A DNA stretch of 58,211 nt, the filler included, from Sphacelaria rigidula (lineage: Eukaryota), in the NCBI GenBank assembly GCA_964200075.2. It is 8 parts of 8 records of this genome, joined end to end, with 100 filler letters (N's around TTAATTAATTAA, not from the genome) between each part and the next. Parts side by side here need not be neighbours in the genome. Positions count along the whole stretch, not along the records: positions 43,736 to 50,923 come from CAXNAA020016053.1; positions 51,024 to 58,211 come from CAXNAA020016054.1; 6 more parts are not named here. One strand, 5' to 3'. A model generated the notes under the pieces. That model ran no database searches and was not told the DNA's origin. It was given only the letters and a program-made list of their open reading frames with translations. How positions within the stretch are numbered: the first letter of the stretch is position 1; every line of letters starts with the position of its first letter. The translations under genes and the position numbers were made by a program. Shown in pieces: positions 50,705-58,211 of this stretch.

Positions 50705-51681
50705 CTGACGTCGTGAATTTGGCACATGACGTTTACTCATGAGAAAATAAATTACGTCACGAGTAATCCGTACAGTGCTGTACTGTATATGTTTGTTTGT
50801 TTTTTCAAAAAGGCCAAAAGGAAACGAAACGACTGCGATTTGTACATTTTGATGTCGTGTCCTCAATCATCGTGTCAAGGACAGGTGAACTAAAATACTG
50901 TTACACAAGAGCCCCCCCCCCCCNNNNNNNNNNNNNNNNNNNNNNNNNNNNNNNNNNNNNNNNNNNNTTAATTAATTAANNNNNNNNNNNNNNNNNNNNN
51001 NNNNNNNNNNNNNNNNNNNNNNNCCCTTCAAGCGCAAACCCCCCCCCCCTGCAAATTTTCTTCTTCTCCCAACCCCCCGCTTTCCCCCCCCCCCGCATGA
51101 TCATGCGTACCCCCCCCCCCCCCCCTCGAAAAAAGCAGCCCACAAAACGACAAGAAGCTCGGGCAGTAGGCAGCAGTCCCTCATTTTTTTTAACTCGAGA
51201 CACGGGAGCATTCTGGAGAACAGAAAATATCCGCACAGCTTTCATGAGTATACTAAACAGCTGCTAACTACATACGAATTCACATGCTTTTTCATTCGAT
51301 CTACTGACCAGCTGACCAGCCAAAACCGTTTTTGAAGATCCTCATCCTACTAGGCGACAAAGGCTACGCCACTCAAGAGTCGTGCCGCCGTGCATAAGTC
51401 ATTTTGCTTTGTCAAAGGTACCCCCTCATTCGCAGTGCGCCACCGGATTAACTGTGTCGGTGTATGTGGTGCACGAAGTCGTCGCTTTTTTGCTTTCATT
51501 TCTTGTCTCGTCTCGTCTTGGGCATTTTATTCGGTCAATTTTCTGTGAACTTTACATACAAAGCAGTTGAAATAAAACTACACATCTCACCCATCAAACA
51601 AGATGGTCACCTAATGATCACGTATTCTTCAAGACAGGCCTGTGGCCTGTGGACAGCAGGTGTGGTTTACCTCAGCCGGGA

Positions 51682-51683
<2 letters not shown>

Positions 51684-51729
<46 letters not shown>
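51684..51729. repeat. (GT)n microsatellite
   Basis: Direct reading; others at 44092-44118 and about 46399-46417. Confidence 0.95.
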
Positions 51730-51733
<4 letters not shown>

Positions 51734-52289
51734 TGTAGCCTCTCGTGTAAGGGTACGGCGCGTGTAGGGACGCGACGTGAACTTAGGCTGGGTAAGCTCT
51801 GCAGAGCAGTGTTCGGACAAGGATAGGACTGACAGATGGTGCGTGCGTGATGGGGCACCCCGAGTGAGGAGGAGCATGACACAGTCCGGACTGGGGATTG
51901 AAGAATGACAGTTCCGGGGTTGACAGGCCCGGGATGACGATCCAGGTTGACAGGCCCGGGGTTACTAGTGAGCGGGTCGAGTCATACAGAGGTCATCATC
52001 ACAGTTCAGTATATCCTAAGGTGGTGGTACGTAGGTAATGGCATGTCATTCAGGAACAGTTTCTCAACTTCAAAGAAGCATGTAGATCATCTTCGGGATC
52101 GGCCAGACGTTCGAGGATACGGTCAAATGGTTTCATCAAACGTTTCTGAAATTTGCATACAGCAATGAGCATGGAATCGAACTGAAGTGGACCCGTTCAT
52201 GCTCGAAATTGATTTTTTCCCCAAGGAAATGCTTCACGAGTTGGAAAGGGGAATTTCATTCGAAAAAACTCTCGGGGCCCGCGCAATGT

Positions 52290-52760
52290 TTCTTAGGCCG
52301 CTTCTTATAGACCGGAAAAAAGTCCTCTGAGAGCTACCCTTTTGAACCTTTTATCACGGATTACTGGCGGAACACGGGCCTTGGCGGATTTGGCCTCCTC
52401 GGAAAGATTTGCCATATGTTTCACCAGGACTCTACTATAGCGCACTTTTCCGATTGTACGCCCAGTTTTACTTTTGACCGGATCCTGATTTTTTTTCAGC
52501 CACCCCATTTTTTTTCCCCCGACAACTCGAAGTTTTTTGGGGTGGCTGAAAAAAATCAGGATCCGGCCAAAAGTAAAACTGGGCGTACAAACAATCGGAG
52601 AAGTGCGCCATAGTAGAATCCTGGCGAAACATATAGGAAATCTTGCCGAGGAGGCCAAACCCGCCAAGGCCCGTGTTCCGCCAGTAATCCGTGATAAAAG
52701 GTTCAAAAGGGCAGTTCTCAGAGAGATTTTTATTCAGCCCAAAAGAGGCGGCCTTAGAGC
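52290..52760. mobile_element. Foldback element, near-complete palindrome
   Basis: CCCTTTTGAACCTTTTATCACGGATTACTGGCGGAACACGGGCCTTGGCGG and its reverse complement; arms about 220 bp. Confidence 0.88.
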
Positions 52761-53885
52761 TTGCCAAAACTGTAGCACCGTCTTTTCGATACCTGGCGGG
52801 AGGGGAGGAAAGCGCATTCTAGCAGCTCGCGAGAGCCGTTTTGATTTTGCGGGATAAGATGTAAATATGACAACCCTTCTCCCGTACCAGACTTGTACAA
52901 TCGAATTGCTACAGGAAATGAGTTCATGCAGCAACGAAATTTCAGTAATCATCCGGGTTTGACGTACTACTGACTTCTGTCTGTACTTTGCTCGAAAGCT
53001 ATTCTCAGGCAAGACCTTCCTTGTCGGCGCTTAACGGCGCGGGTCACTACTGCAATGACAGGTGGTGAATCATACATGAACACCCTTGTTCCTGACCATC
53101 TCTCACCTCAGGTTAGGATGACTGTCCTGACATGGCAACTTTTTGCGGCAGACACCGACACACCGACACACACCCTGCTGAGCACCCGACCGTTTGTACA
53201 TGGAAAAACTCAGATATTAGGATGCGATCGGTCGCGTCAGCAAGAGAGTTTTGTTTTTTCATTCCGCATACCTCGGAGGTGTACACGAGTGTTTCATCTC
53301 TCATACATCCCCCCAACTGGGATGTGGCAGATCGTCTGTGGTCCTTGTTTTGCAGACGTCGGGTGGAATCAACGATTACAACCCCCCCCCCCCCAGCTTG
53401 CGATTGTTAGATCCCGGCGAGACGGCGCAACCGTCCTTGCTCGCATGTGTGTGAGAGAGAAAAGTACAGACGTGGTCGCGGGAACATCGCCCTGCTTTTC
53501 GACGACGTGTTCTACTGCGCACAGAGGCACGTCCTGTCGAAGCAGAGAAGCAGAGAGGAATCGATCTTTGCATTGGTCAGCGCCACAGACAGGAGACGAC
53601 AACCGTGGGTATCCCGATCTTGTTTCCGGGGCTACAATAACCAGCCCGCTGACAGGTGGCAACTTGGGTATGTGATGGTAACATGGAAGACAATCTCTCG
53701 AGAATCGCCGAACGAGGACACACAAAGGACATCGGCGAGGAGCTTCCTCCCCACCCTCGCTCCTCTCTCTGGTGATATCGTCCTCGACACGCGTGTGCAC
53801 CGCATTCCGTCGGTGCACCTAGCCACACCTGCTTAGCTGCTTCAGACTTTTGGGGGGGGGAAGATGCTTCCCCTTGGTGTAACTG

Positions 53886-54149
53886 TTTCAAGGGTCCGAC
53901 GAATTGATGATTCGTCTGGAAATTACTTGATTTTAGTGTGATTGATTCGTACGTACGAATGGATCCTTGGGCTTTGTTTCCAGCGTTCCAGCCCAGGTAC
54001 GCACAGCCCAGGCACGTGGAATGGCGCAAAAAATCCATGGAGACCTTGTTGACCAGCGGTCAACGTTTTTTTCTCTTTTTCGAGCAACCAGGCCTGAAGA
54101 ATCGTGGATTTCGTGATTCGAACCGGCGATGATTTGCCCGAACCGTCAA
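53886..54149. mobile_element. MITE family C copy
   Basis: Homologous to 44588-44852. Confidence 0.8.
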
Positions 54150-54560
54150 GTGTTTCGTATCATTCCTGAAAATTAGTTATACCATTTGACCCTCATTTTT
54201 GTGTTCGACCCCATTTTGAGGATCGGTTGTTATAACGCGGATCGGGTGACAAGGACACACACACGCACGCACGCACCGAAACAAAGTTACCCCGCATCAG
54301 ACCTCTTCTCCGAGGTCTTCGCCCCAGCCCCCTCTGTGTGTGGGTTGTTCGGGACACTCCATCGAGGGACCGACTTCGCCAGCCCGGTTTTCCTCGGCGA
54401 CACACGCGATTCGAGTGCTGAATTATGCGTTGTGTGCTTTAGACCCCAATGTAGAGCGCTGCGATGGCCGTTTCGAAAACGTCCGGCGGTCAGAAGAATA
54501 AGTCGGGAAACAGTTTGAGAACAACCAGAGAGAGGTTACTAAAAACCAAGGCTTTGCACG

Positions 54561-55195
54561 TTACACGTTCACGTTTCACTTTTCCATAAGTCGGGCACCT
54601 CATGAGCTGCCTAGAATAAGTAATCGAAGAGAACTCTCAGATCCGCTGTACAAAAACACCAAATACATGCCAGCAGCGTCCGAGAAGCCAAAATGCTGCC
54701 TCCACGCTACTTCGCGTGCTCGACGTTTAGCGCTGTTGGGAGCTGATGCGGAAAAAGTGGCCAAATGAGCTAGCTCATGATCTGAATCAGTTCTCTGATA
54801 AGAAGTAATATTGAGGGAGCTCATGACCTGTCCGACGTGTGCACTTCTCACACAAAAGCCAAGCGAGGCTAGTAGTACGGTGGGGGACCACGGGACCACA
54901 CAGGGAGCCAGCCCACTCAATTTCAAGTCAAATCAGGGCTCCCCACGTGGTCCCCCACCGTAGTACTAGCCTCGCTTAACTTTTGTGTGAAAATGGCACA
55001 CCTTGGACAACATATGGTCAATAGTTGCAATAGATGAGACAAGAAAAGTCCTGCATAAAGTATAGGTATATTGCGACTATTGTCGGCCCGCAGTAGTTGC
55101 AGTAGGCCTATACTTTATGCAGTACACTTCTCGTCTATTGCATCTATTGACCGTATACTGTCCAGGGTGTGATAAAGTGGAACGTGAACATGTAA
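54561..55195. mobile_element. TIR-bounded element with multiple internal hairpins
   Basis: Outer 22-bp IR (20/22 match) encloses separate inverted repeats at about 54829-55009 and 55012-55157. Confidence 0.65.
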
Positions 55196-55206
55196 GGCCA
55201 CTCACC

Positions 55207-55673
55207 CCTTCTGACAGACAAGAATAAAAGTCTGGAAAAGCGCCTTGGTGGAGCTTTTACGTCGTTTTACGCTCCACAAAAGAGCTAGGCGGGATCTGAC
55301 ACCTTGAAATGACTTGCTCTATTAGCTGAGGTGATTCTGGGACGTCTTCCCGTTTTTCCGGTGGCCGCAGATTTGTATTCTGGCCAAACAAGAATTTTTG
55401 TCCAAGAACGGTAGAAAACAGTCAAGTCCAGAGAAAAGTGGCGATTTTTTCTAGATTTGACTGTGTTTACCGTTCTTTGACAAAAATTCTTGTTTGGCCA
55501 AAATACAAATCTGCGGCCACCGGAAAACGGGAAGATGTCCTGGAACCGCCTCAACTAGTGGAGCAAGTCATTCCAAGGTGTCAGACTCCGCCAAGCTCTC
55601 TTTTGGGGCGTAAAAAGACGTGAAAGCTCCGAAAAGCCACTTGTCCAGATTTGTATTCTTGTCTGTTATAAGG
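55207..55673. mobile_element. Foldback family D, near-complete palindrome
   Basis: Arms about 225 bp (e.g. CCGGTGGCCGCAGATTTGTATT / AATACAAATCTGCGGCCACCGG). Confidence 0.88.
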
Positions 55674-56779
55674 AGCGGCCGAACGTGGAAAGCCTTGTTA
55701 ACCGATACATTGGTCCGTAGTACCGTGGTGAGTGCTTATGTAGCCGCAGCGTCCGTCTCCTTCTCCCCCTACAGCGCGCAGCAGATCCAGCAGATGACCC
55801 AGTGCCAAGTGGCAGTTTGTGTGCTTGATACAAGGTCGTTAGTACGAATCTTGTTCTGTACACACCGAAATCCCGACCTGAAGATACGCCAGCGGGCAAG
55901 GCGCGTGCAGCGAGCGCTCTGGGCAAAATATGCTTTTTGCAGAGATCAAATTGGGGGCGATTCAAAGCAAGAACGTACGCTTGAGGATATCTGAGACTAT
56001 CAGCCAGTCCCCTCAAGGTCTGACTGTGATGGTCTCCGCCGAAGCCAAGTCGTATTCTTCTACCTTGCAGTTTGTCGATGGGTTGGGATAAGCGCTGCTG
56101 CACTAAGCTCGGGCGGGCTTTTGATGGGGGGGGGGAGGGGTACGTATGTTGCTTGCCTTAGTCATTCGACCATTGGCCACACATCCCTTTCGAGAAGGAT
56201 TATTTTGAGAGGGACGGGGGGGGGGGAGGATTCGGAAAAGTTGTTTATGGTTTGAGAGGCAAACAAAACGCCTACATGAACAAAGGTCGTTGTCACTCAT
56301 GTGCCGCGCGTCATCGCTGTCTCGAGCATAAGTCATGACCCCCAGCAGAGGAATTCCCGTCGCGGTGCGGCAAAGCCCACAGCGATGATTGATCGCACCA
56401 GAAGTGAGTAAGTAGTACGCGCGGTGATGCACATCCAGGGACGTCAGAAGACACAGACGGCATAGTGATGCCATGAAGTCAAGAAGAAATAGACAGTGCG
56501 CGCTTCTCTGTCAACCATCGGCAAATCGCTGCTGTACAGCACACGCCTGTTGGGCAATCAGTGATTGCTTTATTTGCCATCGATCCTGCGTTATTGTAAG
56601 CACCCCATGTCCATTTTAGCGTCCATCCACGCCTTCAGGAGCCATCCTCCAAAGTCTCGCGAGACTGTCAGCGGGGCAAAATCTCGGAACAGAAACCAGC
56701 AGTAAATTTCGCATTTGCATGTCACAACATAACTTATCAAGTTTACTAAATCAGCCCGGCTTGAGCATGTCGGTGTGAC

Positions 56780-57308
56780 CTGTAGACCAACCTGGTGAAG
56801 CGCGGCGCCGCCGCTGAATGAAAAAAAGAATGGAGAAAAATGTTCTGCATAATGTATGACCTTACCGACGGAACAAAGAAAAAGGAATACGTCGGGATTC
56901 GAACTCATGACCTCCATAACTGGAGTCTCCTATATCACTCGAATTAAAGGGGCGCAGCGGTGTCACACAAAAAGTGCCCTGGTGCGCGCCCAATTTTGGT
57001 GCGCGCCCAATTTGAGGTATTCTTGGCCGAAATTGCACCAGAATCTCCTGCACACAAGTACGCACAACAACCCGAGGGATTTTGACGTATTTCTTTATTT
57101 CCACGAAGTCGTAGTATTTTCCTAGTTTTCGCAGAAACTTCAAATCGCTCTAACTTGATGTTTTTTTCTCTTGTTCGTTGCATCTTCCGAAAGGGTTGTG
57201 CGTAGTGATGATGAAACGGTAGCGTCAAAATTTCAGCGCCCAACTTTTCGAATTGCCCGCAGCCGGTCCCGGAAACATTCAAAAATCACTGTCAGCTGGT
57301 CCAGCTCG
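56780..57308. mobile_element. Inverted relative of the 23715-24314 MITE
   Basis: GTAGACCAACCTGG, GGATTCGAACTCATGACC and terminal GCTGGTCCAGCTCG match the contig 4 element in reverse orientation. Confidence 0.65.
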
Positions 57309-57653
57309 AAATATAGGTATTTGCGGCAAAGATCCCGAAGTTTTCTTTGTCAATGAGTTGACAACAATAATCGTTACGATACATATATACAAGGATCGGA
57401 CGTGGCCGCCTATCGGCGGCCCCGTCCTCCACGATAGGCGTGGAAAGGGATTAATTTAATTTGGGAGATGGTAAAGGCAATGATTCCTACCAAGAGGTTG
57501 AGCCAAAGATTGGATATTTATACTGTATCGGTTATGAAACTATGTTATATGTGATGAGTAGAAGATGGAAGATCCGGCACGGGCGTAATGTATTATCCGT
57601 TCGTTCGCGCACTTTTTTTACCCTTTCAGGGCGTGTCCTAGGCCAACTCTAGA

Positions 57654-58099
57654 GGGAGCCGTTCAAAATTCCTGTTTACAACTGCCTTTTGGGCGCTTCT
57701 CCGTCGATTTATGCCCGAAAAGAGGGCTAGACGCATGTTGACGCCTTGGAATGACTTGCTCTACTCGTTGAGACCCTTCTAGATCAACCTTGCATTTCCC
57801 GCCGGCCGCACTTTTGTTTATGGCCAAATGAGGCCAAACACGGACGTTCAGTATAAAACGGTCAGGTGACCGAAATTTCCCCCTGTTTTTTTATCGCTTG
57901 ACTGTCTTTTGTTGAAAATCCGTATTTGGCCAAAAATGAAAGTGCCACCAGCGGGAAATACAACGTTGCCCTGGAACGGCCTCAATGAGTAGAGCAAGTC
58001 ATTTCAAGGCGTCAGTAACCGCCTAGCCCTCTTTTCAGGCGAAAAACGACGGAGAAGGGCGAAAAAGGCAGTTTTGAACAGAATTTTTGAACGGCTCCC
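57654..58099. mobile_element. Foldback family D-related palindrome with different termini
   Basis: GGGAGCCGTTCAAAA / TTTTGAACGGCTCCC ends; shares the TGAC.CCTTG.AATGACTTGCTCTA core with 55207-55673. Confidence 0.85.
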
Positions 58100-58211
58100 A
58101 TTTTTTTCTCGTTCCTCACACTTTGAACCCCTCCCCTTCCTCGGGATGAGCCCGTGGTCTCAAGGGATCGACCCATCTCTCCCCTAGTACGCGCCTTTCA
58201 TTTTGGTCTCG

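Noticed and set aside
52305..52857. Pair of similar ORFs on opposite strands
   Set aside because: By-product of the palindrome.
55774..55832. Possible exon AQQIQQMTQCQV (KH-like)
   Set aside because: Good acceptor, but an ambiguous donor, very short and no partner exon.

Overview
Eukaryotic, repeat-rich nuclear DNA, most likely from a brown alga (Phaeophyceae, Ectocarpus-like). This is inferred from the GT-AG exon structure, the protein families and the repeat types. The window is not contiguous: it is eight unrelated contigs of 7,188-7,190 bp, sorted by length and joined by artificial 100-bp linkers (44 N + TTAATTAATTAA + 44 N). Host genes I can support are: the first three exons of a secreted His-brace LPMO-like (AA15-like) protein that the ORF track misses; five phase-compatible exons of a coiled-coil protein; the last exon of a multi-pass membrane 'adhesin-like' protein; and a 2.4-kb uninterrupted ORF of unknown function. 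Mobile DNA includes a gag-like CCCH ORF with an overlapping -1 frame ORF (DIRS/Ngaro-like), decayed Copia and chromodomain-Gypsy elements, LINE 3' ends with a C-rich tail, a pogo/Tc1-like deletion derivative carrying a zinc-finger remnant, a four-copy Sola2-like MITE and several almost fully palindromic foldback elements. No CRISPR array, rRNA or complete tRNA is visible. I cannot demonstrate a new multi-gene system. The best single-locus candidates are the orphan 827-codon ORF, the LPMO-like gene and the gag-like element.
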